From contig CACZHK010000011.1 of the NCBI GenBank assembly GCA_902780915.1, positions 3,767 to 67,766 on the forward strand: a stretch of 64,000 bases of DNA, given 5' to 3'. Of this stretch, positions 52,441 to 61,809 are shown in pieces. The stretch is from Selenomonas ruminantium (GTDB taxonomy: Bacteria; Bacillota; Negativicutes; Selenomonadales; Selenomonadaceae). Within the stretch, counting starts at the first letter, position 1; each line of letters opens with the position of its first letter. Position numbers and translations under genes: made by a program. The notes beneath the pieces are model-generated. The model worked only from the letters and a program-made list of their open reading frames with translations, had not been told where the DNA came from and ran no database searches.

Positions 52441-52812
52441 TTACTTCAGCTCAACGGTAGCGCCAGCCTCTTCGAGCTTCTTCTTCAGCTCTTCAGCCTC
52501 AGCCTTGGCAACGTTCTCCTTGACAGCAGCGGGAGCGCCATCAACAAGAGCCTTAGCTTCCTTCAGGCCGAGACCAGTAGCCTCACGAACAGCCTTGATA
52601 ACGTTGATCTTCTTGTCGCCAGCGGAAGCGAGCATAACAGTGAACTCGCTCTTCTCCTCAGCAGCAGCACCAGCAGCAGCGCCGGGGGCAGCTGCAACAG
52701 CAACAGGAGCAGCAGCGCTAACGCCGAACTTCTCCTCCATAGCCTTAACGAGCTCGGACAGCTCCAGGACAGTCATGCTCTCAATGGCTTCCATGATTTC
52801 TTCTTTAGTCAT
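52441..52812 (-). CDS. rplL: 50S ribosomal protein L7/L12
   Basis: Ala-rich hinge and the C-terminal domain [20 protein letters not shown]. Confidence 0.95.
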   Translation of the reverse strand: MTKEEIMEAIESMTVLELSELVKAMEEKFGVSAAAPVAVAAAPGAAAGAAAEEKSEFTVMLASAGDKKINVIKAVREATGLGLKEAKALVDGAPAAVKENVAKAEAEELKKKLEEAGATVELK

Positions 52813-52907
52813 TTCAATATACCTCCAATTTAATCTTTCGTTTAATTCTTATTCAACGGTACTAGGTACCAACGGCGAAGCATTTATCTTCGTCATGCAA
52901 GGTGGCC

Positions 52908-53453
52908 TCAGGCAGATGCCTGCTCCTCTTTCTGAGCGCGGACAGCCTCAAGCACATAAACGGCCTTGCGGATAACGCCCTGCAGCACATTGACAGTGTT
53001 GGTAATGGGGGCGTTCATGCTGCCAAGAGCCTTGGCAATGAGTTCCTCGCGGCTGGGCAGGGATGCCAGGGCCTTGACTTCGTTTGCGTCAATGACCTTG
53101 CCCTCTACCATACCGACCTTCACGGTCAGGATGCCGGCTTCCTCGAGCTTGTTCTTCTTGATGAAGTCGCAGATGACCTTGGCAGGAGCCACAGCATCAT
53201 CAGCGAAAGCGAAAGCAGTGGTGCCCTCAAGGTGCTCGGAGAGACCTTCGATGCCAGCCTCCTCAGCAGCGAAACGGAGCATGGTGTTCTTCACAACATG
53301 ATAGGTCACGCCAGCCTCGCGCAGAGTGCGACGGAGCTCAGTATCCTGGGCAACGGTAAGGCCTTTGTAGCCGGTGAGCACAACACCCTTTGCGGTGGTG
53401 AGCTGCTCTTTGAGCTCAGCTACGATTGCCTCTTTCTTTGCATTTACAGCCAT
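52908..53453 (-). CDS. rplJ: 50S ribosomal protein L10
   Basis: The sequence and its position upstream of rplL. Confidence 0.95.
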   Translation of the reverse strand: MAVNAKKEAIVAELKEQLTTAKGVVLTGYKGLTVAQDTELRRTLREAGVTYHVVKNTMLRFAAEEAGIEGLSEHLEGTTAFAFADDAVAPAKVICDFIKKNKLEEAGILTVKVGMVEGKVIDANEVKALASLPSREELIAKALGSMNAPITNTVNVLQGVIRKAVYVLEAVRAQKEEQASA

Positions 53454-53668
53454 TGTTTGGTTGCACCTCCTTTTTCATTTATTATTAAAGCCTGTAAAAA
53501 ACCTCCGGCTGACACCAGCCGGAGGTATGATTTTCAAAGTCATGTGCTCCGGCCTCGGCAGGCGGCTTAAAGCCGTTAGATGAAAATTCAAACCTGCTGT
53601 CTACAGCCATCGATATACAGTTGTCAGGGTGCCATGCGGCGCCCCTGAGGCCGGAGCCTCGCTGATCC
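53454..53668 (-). promoter_or_regulatory. rplJ leader, probable L10(L12)4 autoregulatory leader with attenuator hairpin
   Basis: A 215-nt untranslated region. Its minus strand contains ACCTCCGGCTGGTGTCAGCCGGAGGT followed by TTTTTT just upstream of the rplJ RBS. L10 leaders are known in Firmicutes. Confidence 0.5.
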
Positions 53669-54349
53669 TTAAAGCTGAACCGGCACGCCGGGGCCCATAG
53701 TAGCGCTCACAGTGATGGAGCGGATGTACTGGCCCTTGGCAGCAGCGGGCTTTACGCGGATCAGTGTATCAATCAGGGCCTGGAAGTTCTGCTGAAGCTT
53801 CTCAGCGTCGAAGGATGCCTTGCCGATGGGGCAATGCACGTTACCGGCCTTATCGGTGCGGTATTCGACTTTACCTGCTTTAATCTCGGAAATTGCCTTG
53901 GCAAGATCCATGGTAACCGTACCCAGCTTCGGGTTCGGCATGAGGCCGCGGGGGCCCAGAACCTTACCGAGACGGCCGACGGTGCCCATCATGTCAGGGG
54001 TAGCAACAGCCACATCGAAATCCAGCCAGCCGCCCTGAATCTTCTGCACGATCTCATCGGAACCGACGAAATCTGCACCAGCCTCTTCGGCCTCCTTGAC
54101 CTTCTCGCCCTTTGCAAAGACGAGGACGCGCTTGCTCTTGCCCGTACCATGGGGAAGAACCATTGCGCCACGAACCTGCTGATCAGCGTACTTGGGGTCA
54201 ACGCCGAGACGGACATGGAGCTCGATGGTCTCATCGAACTTAGCCGTAGCGGTCTTCTTGACCAGTTCCATAGCCTCAGCAGCCGTGTAGACCTTGCCAG
54301 CTTCGATGAGCTTGCAAGCGTCCTGGTATTTCTTACCAGCTTTAGCCAT
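53669..54349 (-). CDS. rplA: 50S ribosomal protein L1
   Basis: Conserved L1 sequence (MAKAGKKY...[10 protein letters not shown]). Confidence 0.95.
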   Translation of the reverse strand: MAKAGKKYQDACKLIEAGKVYTAAEAMELVKKTATAKFDETIELHVRLGVDPKYADQQVRGAMVLPHGTGKSKRVLVFAKGEKVKEAEEAGADFVGSDEIVQKIQGGWLDFDVAVATPDMMGTVGRLGKVLGPRGLMPNPKLGTVTMDLAKAISEIKAGKVEYRTDKAGNVHCPIGKASFDAEKLQQNFQALIDTLIRVKPAAAKGQYIRSITVSATMGPGVPVQL

Positions 54350-54413
54350 TTTTCATTCTCCTATCATCGTGGTGATAACGGTATTTGCCTCCCACGAGGC
54401 TCGAAACCATTGC

Positions 54414-54839
54414 TTAGTCAACGATCTCGATGCCCATGCTGCGGGCAGTACCCTCGATCATGCGGGTAGCAGCCTCGATATCAGCAGCGTTGAGGTCTTT
54501 CATCTTGCTCTCAGCAATCTCCTGTGCCTTGGCACGGGGCAGCTTAGCAACCTTGTTCTTGTTAGGCTCACCGGAAGCCTTCTCGATGCCTGCAGCCTTC
54601 TTCAGGAGCACAGCAGCCGGCGGAGTCTTCGTGATGAACGTGAAGGATCTATCCTCAAAAACCGTAATCTCGACCGGAATGATAAGACCAGCCTGAGCCT
54701 TGGTTCTCTCGTTGAATTCCTTGCAGAAGCCCATGATGTTAACGCCTGCCTGACCAAGTGCCGGACCTACCGGAGGAGCCGGATTAGCCTTGCCTGCCTG
54801 AACCTGGAGCTTGACAATCTTTGCAACTTTCTTTGCCAT
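54414..54839 (-). CDS. rplK: 50S ribosomal protein L11
   Basis: [33 protein letters not shown] 54839 follows GAGGAGG. Confidence 0.95.
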   Translation of the reverse strand: MAKKVAKIVKLQVQAGKANPAPPVGPALGQAGVNIMGFCKEFNERTKAQAGLIIPVEITVFEDRSFTFITKTPPAAVLLKKAAGIEKASGEPNKNKVAKLPRAKAQEIAESKMKDLNAADIEAATRMIEGTARSMGIEIVD

Positions 54840-54881
54840 CTTCAAAACACCTCCTCAAAAGGAAATAATCTACAATCACAA

Positions 54882-55436
54882 TCAGATTTCATCAACCTGC
54901 TTGTAATCGAGTTCAATCGGAGTCTCCTCCACCAGCACCTTGAGACGACACTTCTCAGTATCAATGGAAGTGATTGTCCCGGTGTAGTTTTCAAAGACGC
55001 CCGAATTGATGCGAACTACATCCCCGACTTCAAAATCAATCTCGGGTTTGAGCTCCGTTCCATCCGTGGATTTCAGGATACGCTGCGCCTCAGCATCAGT
55101 AAGCGGTATCGGGTGCTTTTCAGAGCCGACAAAGCCGGTGACACCAGTTGTATTGCGCACAACATACCAGGAACGCTCATCGACAATCATGTCAACCAGC
55201 ACATATCCAGGGAAGACTTTATGCGGAACGACTTTCTTCTGGCCGTTTTCCTTGATCTCGACTTCCTCTTCCACAGGAACCACCACATTGAAGATCATCT
55301 TCTCCATGCCGGCGGTGTGGATAAGGCGCTCAAGGTTAGCCTTTACTTTGTTCTCGTAACCGGAATAGGTATGGATCACATACCATGCCCTGCCAGGATT
55401 GTCCTTGTGCAGGTCCAGCTCGTCCTTTTCTGCCAT
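54882..55436 (-). CDS. nusG: Transcription termination/antitermination factor NusG
   Basis: NGN domain WYVIHTYSGYENKV and a C-terminal KOW domain. Confidence 0.95.
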   Translation of the reverse strand: MAEKDELDLHKDNPGRAWYVIHTYSGYENKVKANLERLIHTAGMEKMIFNVVVPVEEEVEIKENGQKKVVPHKVFPGYVLVDMIVDERSWYVVRNTTGVTGFVGSEKHPIPLTDAEAQRILKSTDGTELKPEIDFEVGDVVRINSGVFENYTGTITSIDTEKCRLKVLVEETPIELDYKQVDEI

Positions 55437-55452
55437 GCCTAACTCACCCAGC

Positions 55453-55635
55453 TTACCTTAATATGATGTGGAATAGTCTCGCGAAGAACGTATCGCAAAT
55501 CCAGATGAGGGCGCATACAACCGCCACGGCGATGCCTACGACACCGGTATAAGTGGCGAGCTCCTTCTTGGTGGACCAGGACACCTTTTTCATTTCGGCG
55601 ATTACTTCGTCTATGAACTTCTTCATGAGTTTCAC
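55453..55635 (-). CDS. secE: Preprotein translocase subunit SecE
   Basis: A 60-aa single-TM protein between rpmG and nusG. Confidence 0.85.
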   Translation of the reverse strand: MKLMKKFIDEVIAEMKKVSWSTKKELATYTGVVGIAVAVVCALIWICDTFFARLFHIILR

Positions 55636-55656
55636 ATCCCCTGCCCTGACTGCAAC

Positions 55657-55806
55657 TTACTTCGTCTCCTTGTGGACCGTGTGCTTCTTGCAGAACTTGC
55701 AGTACTTATTGAACTCCAGACGATCCGGGTTGTTCTTCTTGTTCTTGTTGGTACGGTAGTTGCGGCTCTTGCACTCCGTGCACTCCAAGGTAATATTGTT
55801 GCGCAT
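55657..55806 (-). CDS. rpmG: 50S ribosomal protein L33
   Basis: Not in the ORF track (49 aa). My translation is [49 protein letters not shown], with the CxxC...CxxC zinc-type L33 pattern. Confidence 0.9.
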   Translation of the reverse strand: MRNNITLECTECKSRNYRTNKNKKNNPDRLEFNKYCKFCKKHTVHKETK

Positions 55807-55869
55807 CTCTTCTTACACCCCTTACGCTTTGGACTCTTTGACGCTGCCTCTTGCAAACGTCACTAATAT

Positions 55870-55898
55870 AATTTAGCATAGAAGCCCTAGCGTGTCAA
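55870..55898 (-). promoter_or_regulatory. Promoter of rpmG-secE-nusG
   Basis: Minus strand reads TTGACA (55898-55893), 17 nt, then TAAATT (55875-55870). Confidence 0.5.
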
Positions 55899-55997
55899 CA
55901 GAAAAACCTTGACACCTTTTAGGATTTTCCTCAGGAAATTTCCATAAAATTCCAGGGCATAAAATAAAGCCCCTCGAAAGGGACTCTTTTTTGCATT

Positions 55998-56074
55998 TGG
56001 TGGCGGCACAGAGACTTGAACTCCGGACACTGCGGGTATGAACCGCATGCTCTAGCCAGCTGAGCTATGCCGCC
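55998..56074 (-). tRNA. tRNA-Met, elongator (anticodon CAT)
   Basis: 77 nt with a GGCGGCA acceptor, anticodon loop TTCATAC and an encoded CCA. It lacks the initiator features. Confidence 0.85.
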
Positions 56075-56082
56075 AATATATA

Positions 56083-56158
56083 TGGAGCTGATGACCAGGA
56101 TTGAACTGGTGACCTTATCCTTACCAAGGATACGCTCTGCCGACTGAGCTACATCAGC
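56083..56158 (-). tRNA. tRNA-Thr (anticodon GGT)
   Basis: 76 nt with anticodon stem TATCC/GGATA, loop TTGGTAA and an encoded CCA. Confidence 0.9.
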
Positions 56159-56169
56159 ATTCCAAACAT

Positions 56170-56245
<76 letters not shown>

Positions 56246-56270
56246 ATGAGTGAAATGGTAAAATCATAAT

Positions 56271-56346
<76 letters not shown>

Positions 56347-56536
56347 ATTATCTTGCCTAGGCTTTGGCCTTTCGCCTCAGCACCGGCTGACAAGATAGTA
56401 TTATAGATTATCCTCCCCCTCCCGTCAACCCCCTTTTTGAAAAAAAATGTAAAAAACTTTCACGAGCAAACAAAAGCAGCCTGCCAGGCTGGAATCTCCT
56501 GACAGGCTGCCGTATTTGTTTCTATTAGAAATGCAT

Positions 56537-57805
56537 TTAACCTTCCACCGTGGGAGTGCCCTCGAAGAGGTATTCATAGCGTGACTTGAATTCCTCCTGG
56601 CTCATGTGGTAGGCATTGGCAAGGCCCGGATCTTCAAGATCCCCTTCCTCAAGCCGCATCATGAGGCCGCGGGCAATCTGATAGTGCACTGACTCGATGT
56701 TCACCTTGCGGACTGCCGTCTTGCCAGTCTCAGGATCCTTGATATCCTCGAAGTACATGGGCACTGACTTGTTGTCCTGGATGGTGATGAGGGCGCCGCT
56801 GCCGCCTTCCTTCAGGAAGCTGACTGCCGAAAAGCCCAGCTGGCGGGCATAGTCGATGTCGTAAGCGATAGGCGCGGTGCAACGAAGCTCATAGCCAATC
56901 TCCTTATCAATGATGGAGACTTTGATGCCGAGCTTCTTGACCTCAGCCAGGACTGCCTGCTTGATGATTTCACCAAAGTCCAGCTCGCTGTAGCGGATAT
57001 GGCCATGCTCATCCTTCACAACCTGGCCCAGCTTGTCGAAATCCTCCGGGGCAATCTTCTCGATAACGCCTTCGGCAATGACTGCCACGCCATAATTCTT
57101 GCCGGTGAGATAACGCTTCACCAAAGAACCGGTGAGGATATCAACCACCTGCTGGAGAGGAATCTTTTCCTGGGGGAATTCCTCGGGAATGATGGTGATG
57201 GCAGCTCCTGCGCTGCGGCCCATGCCCAGAGCCAGGTGGCCTGCAGTGCGGCCCATGGCAATGGTGAAGTACCAGCGGTTGTTGGAAGTGCGGGCATCTT
57301 CCATCAGGTTCTCGATCTCTGTGGTGCCGAAAGCCCTGGCCGTCTCAAAGCCGAAGGTGGGAACACCTTCCGGCAGCGGCAGGTCGTTGTCGATGGTCTT
57401 GGGCACATGCACCACATTGATGGTGCGCCCGGCACGGCGGGCGTAGTCAGACACAGCAGCGGAGCTGTAGGCCGTGTCGTCGCCGCCGATGGTCACCAGA
57501 TGGGTGACGCCCAGCTCAGTCAAAGTCTCCACCACCGTGCGGAGGTCAGACTCTTTCTTAGTGGGATTGAAGCGGGACATCTTCAGGATGCAGCCGCCAG
57601 TCAAGTGAATGCGGCTTATATTCTTCGGCTCCAGGCGGATGTAGTTCTTCTCGCCGCGAGCCAGGCGGGAAAAGCCGTCATAGATGCCAAGCACATCCCA
57701 GCCCTGGCGGTGTGCTTCGTTCACCACTCCGGAAATAACGCTGTTGATGCCAGGTGCAGGGCCGCCGCCGCAAACAATAGCAATGACATTCTTGATCCCG
57801 ATCAT
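56537..57805 (-). CDS. pfp: Pyrophosphate-dependent 6-phosphofructokinase
   Basis: PFK fold CGGGPAPGIN. GGDD (Asp rather than Gly) and PKTIDND (Lys rather than Gly) are the residues associated with PPi rather than ATP use. ATG 57805 follows GGAGGGGG. Confidence 0.8.
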   Translation of the reverse strand: MIGIKNVIAIVCGGGPAPGINSVISGVVNEAHRQGWDVLGIYDGFSRLARGEKNYIRLEPKNISRIHLTGGCILKMSRFNPTKKESDLRTVVETLTELGVTHLVTIGGDDTAYSSAAVSDYARRAGRTINVVHVPKTIDNDLPLPEGVPTFGFETARAFGTTEIENLMEDARTSNNRWYFTIAMGRTAGHLALGMGRSAGAAITIIPEEFPQEKIPLQQVVDILTGSLVKRYLTGKNYGVAVIAEGVIEKIAPEDFDKLGQVVKDEHGHIRYSELDFGEIIKQAVLAEVKKLGIKVSIIDKEIGYELRCTAPIAYDIDYARQLGFSAVSFLKEGGSGALITIQDNKSVPMYFEDIKDPETGKTAVRKVNIESVHYQIARGLMMRLEEGDLEDPGLANAYHMSQEEFKSRYEYLFEGTPTVEG

Positions 57806-58002
57806 AGTAAAAACCCCCTCCAAAATACGAGCTGCAATTATTGCTGCGAATAGTAGTACAGCTCCTAAAACCTTTCAGCTTCCACGCTGACAATAGTAGT
57901 GTTTCGCCTTTTTTTGAAGAATTCCTGCTTGATTGTTATTTTTTTGTAAAAAAAGTCCCGGACTCAGCAAAGAATCCAGGACTTTCACGCAATTGTACTG
58001 TT

Positions 58003-59133
58003 TTACTTGAGCATAGCCAGCATTGTGCCTGCAGCTACTGCCGTACCGATAACGCCGGCCACATTGGGGCCCATGGCGTGCATCAGCAGGTAGTTGCCTG
58101 GCTTGGCCTTCATGCCCACCATCTGGCTGACGCGGGCTGCCATAGGCACGGCGGAAACGCCGGCGGAGCCAATCAGCGGGTTGATCTTCCAGCCGGAGAG
58201 ACGGCACATGATCTTGCCGAAGAGGACACCGCCTGCAGTACCTGCAGCGAAGGCCACAAGACCCAGGCAAATAATCAGCAGGGTCTGGGGCACCAGGAAG
58301 CTCTCAGCACTCATGGTCATGCCGGTACCGGTGGCCAGGAAGATAGTGACAATGTTGCACAGGGAGTTCTGAGCCGTATCGGAGAGACGGTCAGTCACAC
58401 CGGACTCACGGAACAGATTGCCCAGCATCAGCATGCCCAAGAGCGCAGCGATAGGCGGCAGGAGCAAGCTGATGAGGATGGTGGCCACGATGGGGAACAT
58501 CACCCGCTCGAACTTGGTCACAGGGCGAAGCTGCTCCATCTGCACCTCACGCTCTTTCTGGGAGGTCAGGAGCTTCATGATGGGCGGCTGGATCAGCGGC
58601 ACCAGAGACATATAGGAGTAAGCTGCCACGGCGATAGCACCCAAAAGATGCGGAGCCATCTGGATGGAAAGATAGATGGCCGTCGGACCGTCAGCGCCGC
58701 CGATGATGCCGATAGCGCCTGCCTCCTGCACATTGAAGCCCAGGAGCATGGCGCCCACCAGAGCCACGAACACGCCAATCTGGGCAGCAGCGCCCAATAG
58801 AAGCACCACAGGACGGGCCAGGAGCGGGCCAAAGTCCGTCATGGCGCCGATGCCAAGGAAGATCAGCGGCGGGAAAATCTCATTGGCAATGCCGTAGTGG
58901 ATAGCCTGCATGAGGCCGGGCTCTTCCAGAAAGCCAGTGCCGGGGAAGTTGGCCAGGATGCAGCCAAAAGCGATAGGCCCCAGGAGCAGAGGCTCAAATT
59001 CCTTCACGAAGGCCATATAGAGCAGCACCAGGCCTACGCCAATCATGATGGCATGCCCGCCAGTAAAGGTGGCAAAGCCGCTCCCCGTCCAGACGGACTG
59101 CAGGGAGACTACGAAAGCATTAAATAATTCCAT
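58003..59133 (-). CDS. Sodium-ion-translocating decarboxylase, beta subunit (OadB/MmdB/GcdB family)
   Basis: A polytopic 376-aa protein with conserved blocks of the family ([17 protein letters not shown]). Confidence 0.85.
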   Translation of the reverse strand: MELFNAFVVSLQSVWTGSGFATFTGGHAIMIGVGLVLLYMAFVKEFEPLLLGPIAFGCILANFPGTGFLEEPGLMQAIHYGIANEIFPPLIFLGIGAMTDFGPLLARPVVLLLGAAAQIGVFVALVGAMLLGFNVQEAGAIGIIGGADGPTAIYLSIQMAPHLLGAIAVAAYSYMSLVPLIQPPIMKLLTSQKEREVQMEQLRPVTKFERVMFPIVATILISLLLPPIAALLGMLMLGNLFRESGVTDRLSDTAQNSLCNIVTIFLATGTGMTMSAESFLVPQTLLIICLGLVAFAAGTAGGVLFGKIMCRLSGWKINPLIGSAGVSAVPMAARVSQMVGMKAKPGNYLLMHAMGPNVAGVIGTAVAAGTMLAMLK

Positions 59134-59149
59134 CTATATCCCTCCCTGC

Positions 59150-59500
59150 TTATACTGTGCGATCCATGCCCATGGCGCGGCCAGACTGCTTCCAGCCATT
59201 GCGGTCAATGGGCCTGATGGCCTTGATGGCACCGGGGCCGTAGCCGAAGCTGGCCACAGCGGCGGCAATGACTGCCACCACCTCCGGGGTCAGTCCCTCT
59301 TCCTTCACAGGCTCAGGCGCAGCCTTAACTGCCGGCGCAGGAGCCGGTGCAGGAGCCTCCTCGGGCTTGGCCTTGGGCTTAGTAGGATCGAAGTAATGGA
59401 TAAGATTGATGACTACTCCCAGAGCAATCAGAACCAGGAACACCACCGTCATGTTGATCAGCATGATGATAAAGGGGTTCGTCGTGACTGGTTGTGACAT
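59150..59500 (-). CDS. OadG-like small subunit of a Na+-translocating decarboxylase
   Basis: N-terminal TM segment, Pro/Ala-rich linker and a conserved EVVAVIAAAVA segment. It lies immediately upstream of the beta subunit. Confidence 0.6.
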   Translation of the reverse strand: MSQPVTTNPFIIMLINMTVVFLVLIALGVVINLIHYFDPTKPKAKPEEAPAPAPAPAVKAAPEPVKEEGLTPEVVAVIAAAVASFGYGPGAIKAIRPIDRNGWKQSGRAMGMDRTV

Positions 59501-59615
59501 GGAATCACCTCATTATAGTTTATTAAGACAAAAACATAAATTCCCATCTGTGTATTATACAACAATCAGGAAAAATATCAAAATATTTTATGTGAATATA
59601 ACTGATAGATATGGG

Positions 59616-60410
59616 CTATTCGCCCTTCACCAAGGACAGGGCCTTATTTATATACAGCTGGCGAAAAGCAGGATATTCGGCCAGCCCCCTCAGTTCCGCC
59701 CTGACTTCAAGGCCGTTTTTCCTCAGGCGGGAAAGCCAGGAGCCCGCCCCCTCCCCTGCCATATCCTCGCGGACATGGAGGCCGCCGGACAGCAGCAGGG
59801 GGGCAAGCAGGACTTTCCTGGCACCTTTTTCCTGCAAGCGTGCCAGCACCATGGGAAAGTTCGGCGTATCGCCTTCTTCCACCACGCCGATATGGACGGG
59901 AAGCTTCTGCCTGTCCGCCCTTTCCTGCAGCTTCTCATAGACAGGATTGTGCTGATGCGGGGAGCCGTGGCCCAGCAACACCAGCTCCTCGCCGTCTCCA
60001 AGCTGATGGATGGCGTACACAGCCCCAAGCCCGACCGCAAAGTCGTCTTGTCCCGGCCCCTCCCTATAGAAGAGAGGTTCGCCGATTTTCAGCACTTCAA
60101 AGCCGCCTTGAAACTCTTTCGCCGGCATAGTGACCTTGTGGGCATATTCTTCCCCAGGGGTGAAGTAAGTGGGCTGCAAAAAAACCTTCTCAAAGCCCTC
60201 CTGCTTCAGCTCTTCAAGGCATTCTCCAAGAGAAGGAATGACTATTCCTTCTCTCAAAAGTTTCTTCCTGATGAAGACGGAAGTATAAGCCTGCCGGATT
60301 TCCAGCCCCGGCAGGGCCTCCCCCATTTCCACAGCCAGCTTTTCCAATCCCAGGGCGCGAGCCTCATGGCCCGCCACCCCGAAACTCACCAGGACCAAAG
60401 CCTTGCCCAT
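59616..60410 (-). CDS. cbiK: Sirohydrochlorin cobaltochelatase (anaerobic, CbiK type)
   Basis: VLVSFG start, the LQPTYF..PGEEY block and LLGHGSPH. Confidence 0.75.
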   Translation of the reverse strand: MGKALVLVSFGVAGHEARALGLEKLAVEMGEALPGLEIRQAYTSVFIRKKLLREGIVIPSLGECLEELKQEGFEKVFLQPTYFTPGEEYAHKVTMPAKEFQGGFEVLKIGEPLFYREGPGQDDFAVGLGAVYAIHQLGDGEELVLLGHGSPHQHNPVYEKLQERADRQKLPVHIGVVEEGDTPNFPMVLARLQEKGARKVLLAPLLLSGGLHVREDMAGEGAGSWLSRLRKNGLEVRAELRGLAEYPAFRQLYINKALSLVKGE

Positions 60411-61762
60411 CAGCCCTGCTCAGCCTTCACCACATCAGCAATGCGGTTGCAGATATCGTCCAGCTGTGCCTGGTCAGGTCCTTCAGCCATGACGCGGATC
60501 AGAGGCTCGGTGCCGGAAGGACGCACGAGGATGCGGCCCTCGGAGCCCAGTTCAGCCTCACCTGCAGCGATGGCAGCCTTGATCTTCTCGTTCTCTTCCC
60601 AGCCATCCTTGGTGGCCACCTTCACATTCAGCAGCAACTGGGGATAGGTGGTCATCATGGCCGTGAGCTCAGAAGCCTTGCGGCCGCTGCGCTTCAGGGA
60701 CTTCAGCACCTGCAGGGCCGTGATGAGGCCATCACCGGTGGTGGTGTAATCGGTGAAGATGATGTGGCCGGACTGCTCGCCGCCAATCTTGTAGCCATTC
60801 TTCAGCATATTTTCCAGCACATAGCGGTCGCCCACCTTGGTGATTTCTGCCCGTCCGCCTGCAGCCTTGATGGCCTTGTGGAAACCGATATTGGCCATGA
60901 CAGTAGTGACCACAGTCTTATAGGGCAGGGTGCCGTTCTTGATCATATCCGTGGCGCACATGACGAGGATGTGGTCGCCGTCAATGATCTCACCCTTTTC
61001 ATCCACGCAGAGGCAACGGTCAGCATCGCCATCATTGGCAATGCCCAGGTCTGCACCGTACTCCACCACCGCCTTCTGGAGGGACTCCATATGAGTGGAG
61101 CCGCAACCGTCGTTGATATTGATGCCGTTGGGCAGGGCATGGATGACCTTGACCCTGGCACCAAGCTGGCGCAGGATCTGGGGCATAGCCTCATAAGAAG
61201 CTCCGTTGGCGCAGTCCAGCACCACCTTCATGCCGTCCAGACGCTCCTCGCAGGTGCTCAGCACGAAGTCGATATACTGGTTCAGAAGATCCTTGCGGGC
61301 TTCCAGATGGCCGATGCGGCTGCCTTTGGCCCGGGGCAGGTCATCATTTTCCTCCAGCTGGTGCACGATGGCTTCCAATTCATCCTCCACAGAATCCGGC
61401 AGCTTATAGCCGTCTCCGCCAAAGAACTTGATGCCATTGTCGTGGAAAGGATTGTGGGAGGCAGAAATCACGATGCCTGCCTTGGCGCGGTGCTTGCGAG
61501 CCAGATAGGCAATGGCAGGAGTAGGAATGACTCCCGCCAGCATGGCGCGCCCCCCGGCAGAGCAGATGCCGGCCACCAGAGCCGCCTCCAGCATCTCGCC
61601 GGAGAGACGGGTATCGCGGCCAATGATGATGAGGGGCTGCTCCTCCTCACTGTCCTTGCCGAAATAAAGCGTGGCCGCACGCCCCAGGCGGTAAGCCATT
61701 TCCGGCAGCAAAGTCACATTGGCCTCGCCACGGACCCCATCCGTGCCAAACAATCTTGCCAT
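60410..61762 (-). CDS. glmM: Phosphoglucosamine mutase
   Basis: MARLFGTDGVRG start, the phosphoserine loop SASHNP and the metal loop DGDADR. Confidence 0.95.
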   Translation of the reverse strand: MARLFGTDGVRGEANVTLLPEMAYRLGRAATLYFGKDSEEEQPLIIIGRDTRLSGEMLEAALVAGICSAGGRAMLAGVIPTPAIAYLARKHRAKAGIVISASHNPFHDNGIKFFGGDGYKLPDSVEDELEAIVHQLEENDDLPRAKGSRIGHLEARKDLLNQYIDFVLSTCEERLDGMKVVLDCANGASYEAMPQILRQLGARVKVIHALPNGININDGCGSTHMESLQKAVVEYGADLGIANDGDADRCLCVDEKGEIIDGDHILVMCATDMIKNGTLPYKTVVTTVMANIGFHKAIKAAGGRAEITKVGDRYVLENMLKNGYKIGGEQSGHIIFTDYTTTGDGLITALQVLKSLKRSGRKASELTAMMTTYPQLLLNVKVATKDGWEENEKIKAAIAAGEAELGSEGRILVRPSGTEPLIRVMAEGPDQAQLDDICNRIADVVKAEQG

Positions 61763-61809
61763 AATATAAATCCCCCTATATATCTTTGAATAATAAAATC
61801 ATAACTCAT

